A stretch of DNA of 64,000 bases from Chiloscyllium plagiosum (Eukaryota), in contig NC_057758.1 of NCBI RefSeq assembly GCF_004010195.1, positions 5,453,758 to 5,517,757 of the forward strand, read 5' to 3'. Each line of letters starts with the position of its first letter. Positions within the stretch are counted from its first letter, which is position 1. The notes under the pieces were generated by a model. That model was not told where the DNA came from and made no database searches. It saw only the letters and a program-made list of their open reading frames with translations. Shown in pieces: positions 48,357-62,500 of this stretch. Both the position numbers and the translations under genes were made by a program.

Positions 48357-49976
48357 ACTGATGGACACCAGTCAGTGTATGGATATATCCCTGTGAGGCA
48401 GAGAGAGAAATAAGAGATGCTGGTAGTGTACAGATATCTCCCAGTGAGGGAGAGAGGGGCCTGAGAGATGTCAGTCAGTGCGCAGATATCTCCCTGTGAA
48501 GGAGAGAGAGAAGACTGAGAGACACCAGTCAGTGTAGAGATGTCTTCCTGAGAGACAGAGACAGAGACAGAGACTGGACTGAGAGACACTAGTCTGTACA
48601 CAGATGTCTCCCTGAGAGAGAAAGAGGGCGAACTGAGAGACACCAATCAGTGCACAGATATCTCCATGTGTGGGAGACAGGGGACTGACAGACACCAGTC
48701 AATGCACAGTTATCTCCCTGAGACAGAAAGGGGGGAATGAGAAACAGTAGTCACTGTACAGATATGTCCCTGAGAGAGAGAGAGAGAGAGAGAGAAAAAA
48801 GGGAACTGAGGGAAACGCGAGAGAGGAGGGAACCGCGAGAGAGGAGGGAACTGAGGGAAACCACTCAGTGTATGCACTTATCTATGTGAGGGAGAGAGAG
48901 GACTGAGAGATGTCAGTCAATGTATTGATAACTCCCTGTGAGGAGACAGCGGACTGAAAGACAAATGTTAGTGTACAGAAGGCTCTCTCAGAGAGAGGGA
49001 GAAATAAGACACAGCAGTCAGTCCACAGCTATCTCCCTGAGAGGGGGGGGACTGAGAGACACCAGTCAGTGTACAGATATCTCCCTGAAAGNNNNNGAGA
49101 GAGAGGGGGAAATGAGAGACACCAGTCAGTGTACAGATATCTCCCTGAAAGAGAAAAAGAGAGAGAGAAAGAAACACAGAAAGAGAGAGACAGAGACAGA
49201 GAGAAAGCGAGAGAGGGGACACTGAGGGAACTAGTCAGTGTATAGACATATCCTGAGAGAGAGAGAGAGGGGACTGAGAGACACCAGTCAGTGTACAGAT
49301 ATCTCCCTGCGAGAGAGGGGACTGAGACCCCATTCAGTGTATATACATCGCCCTGAGAGACTGATATCTCCCTGGGAGACAGTAAGGGACTGAGAGACAC
49401 CAGTCAGTGTACAGGTATCTCCCTGAGAGAGTGAGGGGACTGAGAGACACCAGTCAGTGTATAGGTATCTCCCTGAGAGAGAGGGGACTGAGAGAGACCA
49501 GTCAGTGTACAGATATATCCCTGGGAGAGAGTAGGGGACTGAGACACACCAGTCAGTGTACAGATATCTCCCTGAGAGAGTGAGGGGACTGAGAGACACC
49601 AGTCAGTGTACAGATACCTCCCTGAGAGAGAGAGGGGACTGAGAGACACCAGTCAGTGTACAGCGATCTCCCTGAGAGACAGGGGACTGGGAGACACCAG
49701 TCTGTGTACAGCTATCTCCCTGAGAGGGGACTGAGGTAGAGAGGGAATCAGGAAATGCTGGTCAGTGTACAGATATATCTCCGTGAGGGAGAGAGGTGAC
49801 CCCAGTCAGTGTACACATATCTACCAGAGAGAGAGGGTTAACTGAGAGACACTAGTCAGTGTACACATATCTCCCTGAGAGAGAAGGGTGACTGAGAGAC
49901 ACCAGTCAGTGTACAGATAACTCCCTGTGAGGGAGAGAGGGGACTGAGAGACACCAGTCACTGTACATATATATCC

Positions 49977-50014
<38 letters not shown>

Positions 50015-50435
50015 GACACCACGCAGTGTACAGATATCTCTCAGAGTGTGTTGGGGTGGGGGTGGGGGCAGGGGGGAACTGAGAGAAATCAGGCCGTGTG
50101 TGGACTTATCCCTGTGAGGCAGAGAGTGGAATGAGACACACCAGTTAGTGCACAGATATCTCCCTGAGAGAGGGGGGAACTGAGAGACACCAGTCAGTGT
50201 ACAGATATCTCCCTGAGAGAGAGAGGGGGGATTGAGAGACACCAGTCAGTGCACAGACATCTCCCTGGGAGGGAGAGAGGGTACTGAGACATGCCAGTCG
50301 ATTTTCAGAGATCTCCCTGAGAGGGAAAGGGGGAACTGAGAGACACCAGTCAGTGTAGAGATATGTCAATGAGAGAGAGGGGAGTGAGAGACACTAGTCA
50401 GTGTATAGTTATCTCCTGAGAGAGAAAGGGACTGA

Positions 50436-51360
50436 TCTCATGGAATACAGGGAGAACTAGCCATTTGGATACAGAACTGGCTTAAAGGTAGAAGACAGAG
50501 GGTGGTGATGGAGGGTTGTTTTTCAGACTGGAGGCCTGTGACCAGTGGAGTTCCACAAGGATCGGTGCTGGGCCCTCTACTTTTTGTCATTTACATAAAT
50601 GATTTGGACGCGAGCATAAGAGGTACAGTTAGTAAGTTTGCAGATGACACCAAAATTGGGGGTGTAATGGACAATGAAGAGGGTTACCTCAGATTACAAC
50701 AGGATCTNNNNNNNNNNNNNNNNNNNNNNNNNNNNNNNNNNNNNNNNNNNNNNNNNNNNNNNNNNNNNNNNNNNNNNNNNNNNNNNNNNNNNNNNNNNNN
50801 NNNNNNNNNNNNNNNNNNNNNNNNNNNNNNNNNNNNNNNNNNNNNNNNNNNNNNNNNNNNNNNNNNNNNNNNNNNNNNNNNNNNNNNNNNNNNNNNNNNN
50901 NNNNNNNNNNNNNNNNNNNNNNNTACAGGGAGAGGCTGAACAGGCTGGGGCTGTTTTCCCTGGAGCGTCGGAGGCTGAGGGATGACCTTATAGAGGTTTA
51001 CAAAATTATGAGGGGCATGGATAGGATAAATAGGCAAAGTCTTTTCCCTGGGGTTGGGAGTCCAGAACAAGACGGCATAGGTTTAGGGTGAGAGGGGAAA
51101 GATAGAAAAGAGACCTAAGGGGCAACTTTTTCACGCAGAGGGTGGTACATATTTGGAATGAGCTGCCAGAGGATGAGGTGGAGGCTGGTACAATTGCAAC
51201 ATTTAAGAGGCATTTGGATGGGTATATGAATAGGAAGGGTTTGGAAGGATATGGGTCGGGCGCTGGCAGTGGGACTAGATTGGGTTGGGATATCTGGTTG
51301 GCATGGACGGGTTGGACCGAAGGGTCTGTTTCCATGCTGTACATCTCTATGATTCTATCT
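50436..51360 (+). mobile_element. Young 5'-truncated CR1-type LINE (RT domain to 3' tail) inserted in the satellite
   Basis: WRPVTSGVPQGSVLGPLLFVIYINDLD..SKFADDTK is uninterrupted; tail TCTATGATTCTAT; internal gap 50708-50923. Confidence 0.92.
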
Positions 51361-51471
51361 TCCTGAGACAGAAAGGGGGGAGCGAGAAACAGTAGTCACT
51401 GTACAGATATATCCCAGAGAGAGAGGGGGAGAGCGTGCACAGAGGGAACCAGTCAGTGTATGGACTTATCC

Positions 51472-51890
51472 GCAAGGTTTGTAGCTCAGGTTGAGGTTTA
51501 GGGTGTAGGTTTGCTCGCTGAGCTGTAGGTTTGATATCCAGATGTTTCATTACCTGGCTAGGTAACATCATCAGTGGCGACCTCCAAGTGAAGCAACGCT
51601 GTTGTCTCCTGCTTTCTATTTATATGTTTGTCCTGGATGGGGTTGCTGGGGTTTGTGGTGATGTCATTTCCTGTTCGTTTTCTGAGGGGTTGATAGATGG
51701 CATCGAGATCTATGTGCTTGTTTATGGCGTTGTGGTTGGAGTGCCAGGCTTCTCGGAATTCTCTGGCATGTCTTTGCTTAGCCTGTCCCAGGATAGATGT
51801 GTTGTCCCAGTTGAAATGGTGGTTTTTTTTCATCCGTATGTGGGGCTATGAGGGAGAGGGGGTCATGTCTTTTTGTGGCTAGCTGGTGTT
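51472..51890 (-). mobile_element. Penelope-like element 3' fragment (GIY-YIG C-terminus) with hammerhead motif
   Basis: ORF 51558-51833 HHFNWDNTSILGQAKQRHAREFREAWHSNHNAINKHIDLDAIY. Confidence 0.85.
51538..51577 (-). ncRNA. Minimal hammerhead ribozyme motif
   Basis: Minus strand CCA-CTGATGA-T-GTTACCT-AGCC-AGGTAAT-GAAA-CA-TC-TGG: stem I CCA/TGG, 7-bp stem II, AUC triplet. Confidence 0.62.
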
Positions 51891-53068
51891 CATTGAATAT
51901 ACAGATACAGAATATACAGTTAATAGACAGATAACTCCATGAGAGAGAGAGAGGGGAGAGAAGGGGAGGGAACTGAGGGAACGAATCAGTGTGTGGACAT
52001 ATCGCTGTGAGGCAGAGAGTGGACTGAGAGACACCAGACAGTATACAGATAACTCCCTGTGAGGAGACAGGGGACTGAGAGACACCAGTCAGTGCACAGA
52101 TATCTAACTCAGAGAGAGAGGGAGAGCTGAGAGACAGCAGTCAGTATACACATATCTCCCTGCGAGGCAGAGAGGGGACTGAGAGACCAATCAGCGTACA
52201 GTTTTCTCCGAGAGAGAAAGAGGAGAATGAGAAACACTAGTCACTGTAAAGATATGTCCCTGAGGTAGAGAGAGAAAGAAAAAGAGAAAGAGAGACAGAG
52301 AGAGAGACAGACAGACAGAGAGAGAGGTCACTGAGGGACCAGTCAGTGCACAGATATCTCCCTGAGAGACAGGAGGCTGAGAGACACCAGTGAGTGAAAA
52401 GATATCTCACTGGGAGAGGAAGATGGGGGGAAGAGAGAGAGAGAGAGGGAGATAGAGATAGATAGAGAGAGAGGACTGAGGGACACCAGTCTGTGTACAG
52501 ATATCTCCCCCAGAGAGAGAGAGGGGACTGTGAGACACCAGTCAGTGTACAGATATCTCCCTGAGAGAGGGGGGGGACTGGAAGACACCAGTCTGTGTAC
52601 AGCTATCTACCTGGGAGAGCGCGAGGGGACTGAGAGACACCAGTCAGTGTACAGATATCTCCCTGAGAGAGAGAGGGGACGGAGAGACACCAGTCAGTGT
52701 ACAGATATCCCACTGAGAGAGAGGGGACTGAGAGACACCAGTCAGTGTACAGATATCTCCCTGAAAGAGAGGGGAGACTGAGAAACACCAGTCAGTGTAC
52801 AGATATCTCCTTCAGAGAGAGGGGGGACGGAGAGGCACCAGTCAGTGTATAGACATCTCCCTGAGAGAGAGGGGACTGAGAGAGACCAGTCAGTGTACAA
52901 ATATATCCCTGGGAGAGAGTAGGGGACTGAGACACACCAGTCAGTGTACAGATATCTCCCTGGGAGACAGTAAGGGACTGAGACACACCAGTCAGTGTAC
53001 AGGTATCTCCCTGAGAGAGAGAGGGGACTGAGAGACACCAGTCAGTGTACAGCTATCTCCCTGAGAGA

Positions 53069-53568
53069 NNNNNNNNNNNNNNNNNNNNNNNNNNNNNNNN
53101 NNNNNNNNNNNNNNNNNNNNNNNNNNNNNNNNNNNNNNNNNNNNNNNNNNNNNNNNNNNNNNNNNNNNNNNNNNNNNNNNNNNNNNNNNNNNNNNNNNNN
53201 NNNNNNNNNNNNNNNNNNNNNNNNNNNNNNNNNNNNNNNNNNNNNNNNNNNNNNNNNNNNNNNNNNNNNNNNNNNNNNNNNNNNNNNNNNNNNNNNNNNN
53301 NNNNNNNNNNNNNNNNNNNNNNNNNNNNNNNNNNNNNNNNNNNNNNNNNNNNNNNNNNNNNNNNNNNNNNNNNNNNNNNNNNNNNNNNNNNNNNNNNNNN
53401 NNNNNNNNNNNNNNNNNNNNNNNNNNNNNNNNNNNNNNNNNNNNNNNNNNNNNNNNNNNNNNNNNNNNNNNNNNNNNNNNNNNNNNNNNNNNNNNNNNNN
53501 NNNNNNNNNNNNNNNNNNNNNNNNNNNNNNNNNNNNNNNNNNNNNNNNNNNNNNNNNNNNNNNNNNNN
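53069..53568. other. Assembly gap of exactly 500 N (probable scaffolding join)
   Basis: Fixed length; it separates two different satellites. Confidence 0.85.
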
Positions 53569-56500
53569 GGGTTGTGTCTCTCACTGTGGGGCTGTGTCTC
53601 TCACTGTGGGGCTGTATCTCTCAGTGTGGGGCTGTATCTCTCACTATGGGGTTGTATCTCTCACTGTGGGGCTGTATCTCATACTGTGGGCATGTATCTG
53701 TCACTGTGGGCTGTATCTGTCACTGTGGGGCTGTGTCTCTCACTTTGGGGCTGTATCTCTCACTGTGGGCTGTATCTGTCACTGTGGACGTGTCTCTCTG
53801 CACTGTGGGGCTGTATCTCTCACTGTGGGGCTGTATCTCTCACTTTGGGGGTGTGTCTCTCACTTTGGGGCTGTGTCTCTCACTTTGGGGCTGTATCTGT
53901 CACTGTGGACGTGTCTCTCTGCACTGTGGGGCTGTATCTCTGTGGAGCTGTATCTCTCACTGTGAGGCTGTGTGTCTCACTGTGTGGCTGTGTGTCTCAC
54001 TGTGGGGTTGTGTCTCTCACTGTGGGGCTGTATCTCTCACTGTCGGCTGTGTCTCTCACTGTGGGGCTGTGTGTCTCACTGTGGGGCTGTATCTCTCACT
54101 ACGGGGCTGTATCTCTCACTACGGGGCTGTATCTCTCAAGGTGGGACAGTATCTCTCACTGCGGGGCTGTATCTCGTACTGTGGGGCTGTATCTCTCACT
54201 GTGGGCCTGTATCTCTCACTGTGGGGCTGTGTCTCTCACTGTGGGGCTGTGTCTCTCACTGTGGGGCTGTGTCTCTCACTGTGGGCATGTATCTGTCACT
54301 GTGGGCTGTATCTGTCACTATGGGGCTGTGTCTCTCACTTTGTGGCTGTATCTCTCACTGTGGGCTGTATCTGTCACTGTGGACGTGTCTCTCTGCACTG
54401 TGGGCCTGTATCTCTCACTGTGGGCTGTATCTGTCACTGTGGACGTGTCTCTCTGCACTGTGGGACTGTATCTCTCACTGTGGGGCTGAATCTCTCACTG
54501 TGGGGCTGTATCTCTCACTGTGGGGCTGTGTCTCTCACTGTGGACGTGTCTCTCTGCACTGTGGGGCTGTATCTCTCACTGTGGGCTGTATCTGTCACTG
54601 TCTCTCTGCACTGTGGGGCTGTATCTCTCACTGTGGGCTGTATCTGTCACTGTGGACGTATCTCTCTGCACTGTGGGGCTGTATCTCTCACTGTGGGCTG
54701 TATCTGTCACTGTGGACGTGTCTCTCTGCACTGTGGGGCTGTATCTCTCACTGTGGGGCTGTATCTCTCACTGTGGTGCTGTATCTCTCACTGTGGGGCT
54801 GTGTGGCTCACTGTGGAGCTGTATCTCTCACTGTGGGGCTGTATCTCTCACTGTGGAGCTGTATCTCTCACTGTGGGGCTGTATCTCTCACTGTGGAGCT
54901 GTATCTCTCACTGTGGGGCTGTATCTCTCACTGTGGAGCTGTATCTCTCACTGTGGGGCTGTATCTCTCACTGTGGAGCTGTATCTCTCACTGTGGGGCT
55001 GTATCTGTCACTGTGGGGTGGTGTCTCTCACTGTGGGGCTGTATCTCTCACTACGGGGCTGTATCTCTCAAGGTGGGACAGTATCTCTCACTGCGGGGCT
55101 GTATCTCTTACTGTGGGGCTGTATCTCTCACTGTGGGCCTGTATCTCTCACTGTGGGGCTGTGTCTCTCACTGTGGGGCTGTGTCTCACTGTGGGGATGT
55201 GTCTCTCACTGTGGGGCTGTGTGTCTCACAATGGGCTAGGGTCTCTCACTGTGGGTCTGTACCTGTCATTGTGGGGCTGTGTCTCTCACTGTGGGGCTGT
55301 GTCTCTCAATGTGGGGTTGTGTGTCTCACTGTGGGGCCATATTGCTCACTGTGGGGTATATCTCAATGTGGGGCTATATCTCTCACTGTGGGCATGTATC
55401 TCTCACTGTGGGGTTGTATCATTCACTGTGAGGCTGTATCTCTCGCTGTGGGCCTAAATCTCTCATTGTCGGTTGTGTCTCTCACTGTGGGGAATATGTC
55501 TCTCGCTGTGGGTTGTGTCTCTCACTGTGGGGCTGTGTGTCTCACTGTGGGGTTGTGTGTCTCACTGTGGACCTGTATGTCTCACTGTGGTGTTTTATCA
55601 TTCACTGTGGGGCTGTATCTCGGACTGTAGTGCCAGTATCTCTGACTGTGGGGCTGTGTCTCTGACTGTGGTTTGTATCTCTCACTATGTGGCTGTATCA
55701 CTCACTGTGGGGCTGTATCTCTCACTGTGGGCTGTGTCTTTCACTGTGGGGATGTGTATCTCACTATGGGGTTGTGTCTCTCACTGTGGGGCTGCATGTC
55801 ACACTGTCCGAGTGTATCTCTCACTATGGGGCTGTATCATTCACTGTGGGGCTGTATCTCTCACTGTAGTGCCAGTATCTCTGACTGTGGGGCTGTGTCT
55901 CTGACTGTGGGACTGTATCTCTCACTGTGGGCTAGGGTCTCTCACTGTGGGTCTGTACTTGTCATTGTGGGGCTGTGTCTCTCACTGTGGGGCTGTGTCT
56001 CTCAGTGTGGGGCTGTGTGTCTCAATGTGGGGCTATATCTCTCACTTTTCGGTTGTATCTCTCACTGTGATCCTGTATCTCTCATTGTGGGCCTGTATCT
56101 CTCACTGTGGGCCTGTATCTCTCACTGTGGGCCTGTATCTCTCACTGTGGGCCTGTATCTCCCACTGTGGGGCGTTTTCTCTCACTGTGGGGCTGTATCA
56201 CTCACTGTGGGGCTGTATCTCTCATAGTGGGTCGTACCAGTCACTGTGGGGCTGTATCTCTCACTATGGGCCTGAATCTCTCATTGTGGAGGTGTAACTC
56301 TCATTATGGGGCTCTGTCTCTCATTGTGGGCGGGGGGGGGGTGTCTCTCACTGTGTGCCTGTGGGGCTGTATCTCTCACTGTGGGCTGTGTCTTTCACTG
56401 TGGGGATGTGTATCTCACTATGGGGTTACTGTGGGGCTGTGTCTCTCACTGTGGGGCTTTATCTCTCACTGTGGGTCTATATCTCTCACTGTGGGGCTGT

Positions 56501-59500
56501 GTCTCTCACTGTGGGGCTGTATCTCTCACTGTGGGTCTATATGTCTCACTGTGGGTTTGTGTCTCTCACTGTGGGGCTGTGTGTCTCACTGTGGGGCTGT
56601 GTGTCTCACTGTGGGGCTGTGTCTCTCACTGTGGGGCTGTGTGTCTCACTCGGATTGTATGTCTCACTGTAGTGCCAGTATGTCACACTGTGGGGTTGTA
56701 TCTCTCACTGTGGGCCTGTATCTCTTACAGTGGGGGTGTATCTCTCACAGTGGTGTTGTGTCATTCACTGAGGGGCTGTATCACTCACTGTAGTGCCATT
56801 ATCTCTGACTGTGGGGCTGTGTCTCTGACTGTGGGGCTGTATCCCTCACTTTGGGGCTGTATCTCTCACTGTTGTTTGTATCTCTCACTGTGGGCCTGTA
56901 TCTCTCACTTTGGGGCTGTATCTCTCATGGTGGGGTTGTATCTCTCACTGTGGGGCTGTATCTCTCACTGTGGGGCTGTATCTCTCACTGTGGGTTGTGT
57001 CTTTCACTGTGGGTCTGTAACTGTCATTGTGGGGCTGTGCCTCTCACTGTGGGGCTGTGTCTCTCACTGTGGGGCTGTGTCTCTCACTGTGGGGCTGTGT
57101 CTCTCACTGTGGGGCTGTGCCTCTCAATGTGGGTTTGTGTCTTTCACTGTGGGGCTGTGTGTCGCACTCGGATTGTATGTCTCACTGTAGTGCCAGTATG
57201 TCACACTGTGATCTTGTATCTCTCACTGTGGGCCTGTATCTCTTACAGTGGGGGTTTATCTCTCACAGTGGTGTTGTATCATTCACAGAGGGGCTGTATC
57301 ACTCACTGTAGTGCCATTATCTCTGACTGTGAGGCTGTGTCTCTGACTGTGGGGCTGTATCTCTCATTGTGGGGCTGTATCTCTCACTGTGGGGCTGTAT
57401 CGCTCGCTGTGGTCTTGTATCTCTCGCTGTGGTCTTGTATCTCTCACGGTGGGCCTGTATCTCTCACTGTGGGCCTGTATCTCTCACTGTGGGCCTGTAT
57501 CTCTCACGGTGGGCCTGTATCTCTCACGGTGGGGCTGTATCTCTCACGGTGGGGCTGTATCTCTCAGTGTGGGGTTGTGTCTCTCAGTGTGGGGTTTGTG
57601 TCTCTCACTGTGGGGCTGTATCTCTCACTGTGGGTTTGTATCTCTCACTGTGGGGCTGTGCCTCTCAATGTGGGTTTGTGTCTTTCACTGTGGGGCTGTG
57701 TGTCTCACTCGGATTGTATGTCTCACTGTAGTGCCAGTATGTCACACTGTGCTCTTGTATCTCTCACTGTGGGCCTGTATCTCTTACAGTGGGGGTGTAT
57801 CTCTCACAGTGGTGTTGTATCATTCACTGAGGGGCTGTATCACTCACTGTAGTGCCATTATCTCTGACTGTGAGGCTGTGTCTCTGACTGTGGGGCTGTA
57901 TCTCTCATTGTGGGGCTGTATCTCTCACTGTGGGTCTATATGTCTCACTGTGGGTTTGTGTCTCTCACTGTGGGGCTGTGTGTCTCACTCGGATTGTATG
58001 TCTCACTGTAGTGCCAGTATGTCACACTGTGCTCTTGTATCTCTCACTGTGGGCCTGTATCTCTCACTGTGGGCCTGTATCTCTCACTGTGGGCCTGTAT
58101 CTCTCACTGTGGGCCTGTATCTCTCACTGTGGGCCTGTATCTCTCACTGTGGGCCTGTATCTCTCACTGTGGGCCTGTATCTCTCACTGTGGGCCTGTAT
58201 CTCTCACTGTGGGCCTGTATCTCTCACTGTGGGCCTGTATCTTATCTCTCACTGTGGGATTATATCTCCCACTGTTTCCCTGTATCTCACACCGTGTGGC
58301 TGTATCTGTCACTGTGGAGCTGTGTCTTTCACAGTGGGGCTTTATCTATCACAGTGGGGCTGTATCACTCACTGTAGGCCTGTTTCTCTCACTGTGGAAC
58401 TGTATCTCTCACTGTGGGCCGGTATCTCTCACTGTGGGGATGTGTATCTCACTGTGGGTTGTGTCCTTCACTGTAGGGAATGTTTCTCTCACTGTGGGCC
58501 TGTATTTCTCACAGTAAGGCTGTATCTGTCACTGTGGGCCTGTATCTCTCACTGTGGGGTGGTATCTCTGACTGTGGGGCTGTATCTCTGACTGTGGGGC
58601 TGTATCTCTCATTGTGGGGCTGTGTCTCTCACTGTGGGGCTGTGTCTCTCACTATGGGACTGTGTCTCACTGTGGTGCTGTGTCTCTCAGTGTGGGGCTG
58701 TGGTCCGTCACTGTGGGGTTGTGTCTCTCACTGCGGACTGTATTTCTCACTGTGAGGCTGTATCTGTCAACGTGGGGCTGTATCTCTCACTGTGGGGCTG
58801 TATCTGTCACAGTGTTTCTGTGTCTCTCACTGTGTGGCTGAATCTCTCACTGGGTTTGTGTCTCTCACTGTGGGGCTGAATCTCTCACTGGGATTATATC
58901 TCCCACTGTGTACCTGTATCTCACACTGTGGGGCTGTATCTGTCACTGTGGGTTGTGTCTCTCACTGTGGGGCTGTATCTCTCACTGTGGGGATGTGTAT
59001 CTCACTGTGGGTTGTGTCTTTCACTGTAGGGAATGTTTCTCTCACTGTGGGTCTGTGTCTCTCACTGTGGGGCTGTATCTCTCACAGTAAGGCTGTATTT
59101 GTAACTGTGGGCCAGTATCTCTCACTGTAGGCTGTGTCTGTCACTGTGGACGTGTCTCTCTGCACTGTGGGGCTGTATCTCTCACTGTGGGGCTGTATCT
59201 CTCACTGTGGGGCTGTATCTCTCACTGTGGGGCTATATCTCTCACTGTGGGGCTGTATCTGTCACTGTGGAGCAGTGTCTCTCACAGTGGGGCTGTATCT
59301 CTCACTGCGGACTGTATTTCTCACTGTGAGGCTGTATCTGTCAACGTGAGGCTGTATCTCTCACTGTGGGGCTGTATCTGTCACAGTGTTTCTGTGTCTC
59401 TCACTGTGGGGATGAATCTCTCACTGGGTTTGTATCTCTCACTGTGGGATTATATCTCCCACTGTTTCCCTGTATCTCACACCGTGTGGCTGTATCTGTC

Positions 59501-62500
59501 ACTGTGGAGCTGTGTCTTTCACAGTGGGGCTTTATCTATCACAGTGGGGCTGTATCACTCACTGTAGGCCTGTTTCTCTCACTGTGGAACTGTATCTCTC
59601 ACTGTGGGCCGGTATCTCTCACTGTGGGGATGTGTATCTCACTGTGGGTTGTGTCCTTCACTGTAGGGAATGTTTCTCTCACCGTGGGCCTGTATTTCTC
59701 ACAGTAAGGCTGTATCTGTCACTGTGGGCCTGTATCTCTCACTGTNNNNNNNNNNNNNNNNNNNNNNTCTGTCACTGTGGACGTGTGTATCTGTCACTTT
59801 GGGTTGTGTCTCTCACTGTGGGGCTGTATCTCTCACTGTGGGGATGTGTATCTCACTGTGGGTTGTGTATTTCACTGTAGGGAATGTTTCTCTCACTGTG
59901 GGGCTGTATCTCTCACTGTGGGGCTGTATCTCTCACAGTAAGGCTGTATCTCTCACTGTGAGGTGGTGTCTCTCACTGTGGGGCTGTATTTGTCACTGTG
60001 GGCCAGTATCTCTCACTGTAGGCTGTATCTGTCACTGTGGACGTGTCTCTCTGCACTGTGGGGCTGTATCTCTCACTGTGGGGCAGTTTCTCTCACTGTG
60101 GGGCTATATCTCTCACTGTGGGGCTATATCTCTCAGTGTGGGGCTATATCTCTCAGTGTGGGGCTGTATCTGTCACTGTGGAGCAGTGTCTCTCACAGTG
60201 GGGCTGTATCTCTCACTGCGGACTGTATTTCTCACTGTGAGGCTGTATCTGTCAACGTGGGGCTGTATCTCTCACAGTGGGGCTGTATCTGTCACAGTGT
60301 TTCTGTGTCTCTCACTGTGGGGATGAATCTCTCACTGGGTTTGTATCTCTCACTGTGGGATTATATCTCCCACTGTTTCCCTGTATCTTACACTGTGGGG
60401 CTGTATCTGTCACTGTGGAGCTGTGTCTTTCACAGTGGGGCTTTATCTATCACAGTGGGGCTGTATCTCTCACTGTGGAGCTGTATCTCTCACTGTGGGC
60501 CGGTATCTCTCACTGTGGGGATGTGTATCTCACTGTGGGTTGTGTCTTTCACTGTAGGGAATGTTTCTCTCACCGTGGGCCTGTATTTCTCACAGTAAGG
60601 CTGTAGCTGTCACTGTGGGGTGGTGTCTCTCACTGTGGGCCTGTATCTCTCACTGTAGGCCTGTATCTCTCACTGTGGGCTGTATCTGTCACTGTGGATG
60701 TGTCTCTCTGCACTGTGGGCCTGTATCTCTGACTGGAGTGCCAATATGTCTCACTGTGGGGTTGTGTCTCTTACTGTGGGTCTGTATATCTCACTGTGGG
60801 GCTGTATCTCTCACTGTGGGGTTGTGTCTCTCACTGTGGGTTGTGTCTCTCACTGTGGGGATGTATCTCTCACTGTGGGGATGTGTATCTCACTGTGGGT
60901 TGTGTCTTTCACTGCAGGGAATGTTTCTCTCATTGTGGGTCTGTGTCTCTCACTGTGGGGCTGTGTGTCTCACTGTGGGGTTATGTCTCTCACTGTGGGG
61001 CTGTGTGTCTCACGGTGAGGCTGTGTGTCTCACGGTGGGGCTGTGTCTCTCACGGTGGGGCTGTATCACTCACTGTGGGGCTGTATCACTCACTGTGGGG
61101 CTGTATCACTCACTGTGGACTGCATTTCTCACTTTGAGGTTGTATCTGTCAATGTGGGGCTGTATCTCTCACTGTGGGGTTGTGTCTCTCACTGTGAGGC
61201 CATATCGCTCACTGTGGGGTAAATCTCAATGTGGGGCTATATCTCTCACTTTTGGCTGTATCTCTCACTGTGGTCCTGTATCTCTCACTGTGGGCCTGTA
61301 TCTCCCACTCTGGGGCTTTTTCTCTCACCGTGAGGCTGTGTCTCTCACTGTGGGGCTGTATCTCTCACTGTGGGGCTGTATCTCTCACTGTGGGGCTGTA
61401 TCTCTCATTGTGGGGATGTAACTCTCACTGTGGGGCTCTGTCTCTCATTGTGGGGCTGTGTCTCTCACTGTGGGCCTAGATCTCTCACTGTGGGGTTGTG
61501 TCTCTCACTATGGGCCTGGGACTCTCACTGTGGGGCTGTCTCTCTCCCAGTGGGGGTATATCTCTCACTGTTGGGTTGTATCTCTCACTGTGGGTCTGTA
61601 TCTGTCACTGTGGGACTATATCTCTCACACTGTGGCTATGTCTCTCACTGGGGGTCTGTATGTGTCACTGTGGGGCTGTATCTCTCACAGTAAGGCTATA
61701 TCTGTCACTGTGGGGCTGTGTCTCTCACTATTGGGATGTATTTGTCACTGTGGACGTGTCTCTCTGCACTGTGGGGCTGTATCTCTCACTGTGGGGCTGT
61801 ATCTCTCATTGTGTGGCTGTGTCTCTCAGTGTGGGCCTGTATCTCTCACTGTGGACCTGTATGTCTCATTGTAGTGCCAGTATGTCTCACTGTGGGGTTG
61901 TGTCTCTCACTGTGGGTCTGTATCTCTCACAGTGGGGGTGTTTCTCTCACAGTGGTGTTGTATCATTCACTGTGGGGCTGTATCTCTCACTGTAGTGCCA
62001 GTATCTCTGACTGTGGGGCTGTGTCTCTGACTGTGGGGCTGTATCTCTGACTGTGGGGCTGTATCTCTCACTTTGGGGCTGTATCTCTCACTGTGGTTCG
62101 TATCTCTCACTGTGGGGCTGTATCTCTCACTGTGGGGCTGTATCTCTCACTGTGGGCTATGTCTCTCACTGTGGGCTATGTCTCTCACTGTGGGCTATGT
62201 CTCTCACTGTGTGGCTGTATCACTCACTGTAGGGCTGTATCTGTCACTGTAGGGCTGTATCTGTCACTGTGGGGCTGTGTGTCTCACTGTGGGGATGTGT
62301 CTCTCACTGTGGGGCTGCATCTCACACTGTGCGAGTGTATCTCTCACAGTGGGGTTGTATCTCTCACTGTTGTGCCAGTATCTCTGACTGTGGGGCTGTG
62401 TCTCTGACTGAGGGGCTGTATCTCTCACTTTGGGGCTGTATCTCTCACTGTGGTTTGTATCTGTCACTGTGGGGCTGTATCTCTCACTGTGGGGCTGTAT

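Larger units (their letters stand above)
45700..53068 (+). repeat. Purine-rich satellite/minisatellite array, ~45 bp unit GGGACTGAGAGACACCAGTCAGTGTACAGATATCTCCCTGAGAGAGA with variable (GA)n spacer
   Basis: Well over a hundred recurrences of the CACCAGTCAGTGTACAGATATCTCCCTG-type core; interrupted at 50436-51360 and 51472-51890. Confidence 0.95.

Noticed and set aside
45700..53068. CRISPR-like appearance (conserved ~28-bp core with variable spacers)
   Set aside because: Spacers are low-complexity (GA)n variants rather than unique sequences, the context is vertebrate, and there are no cas genes.
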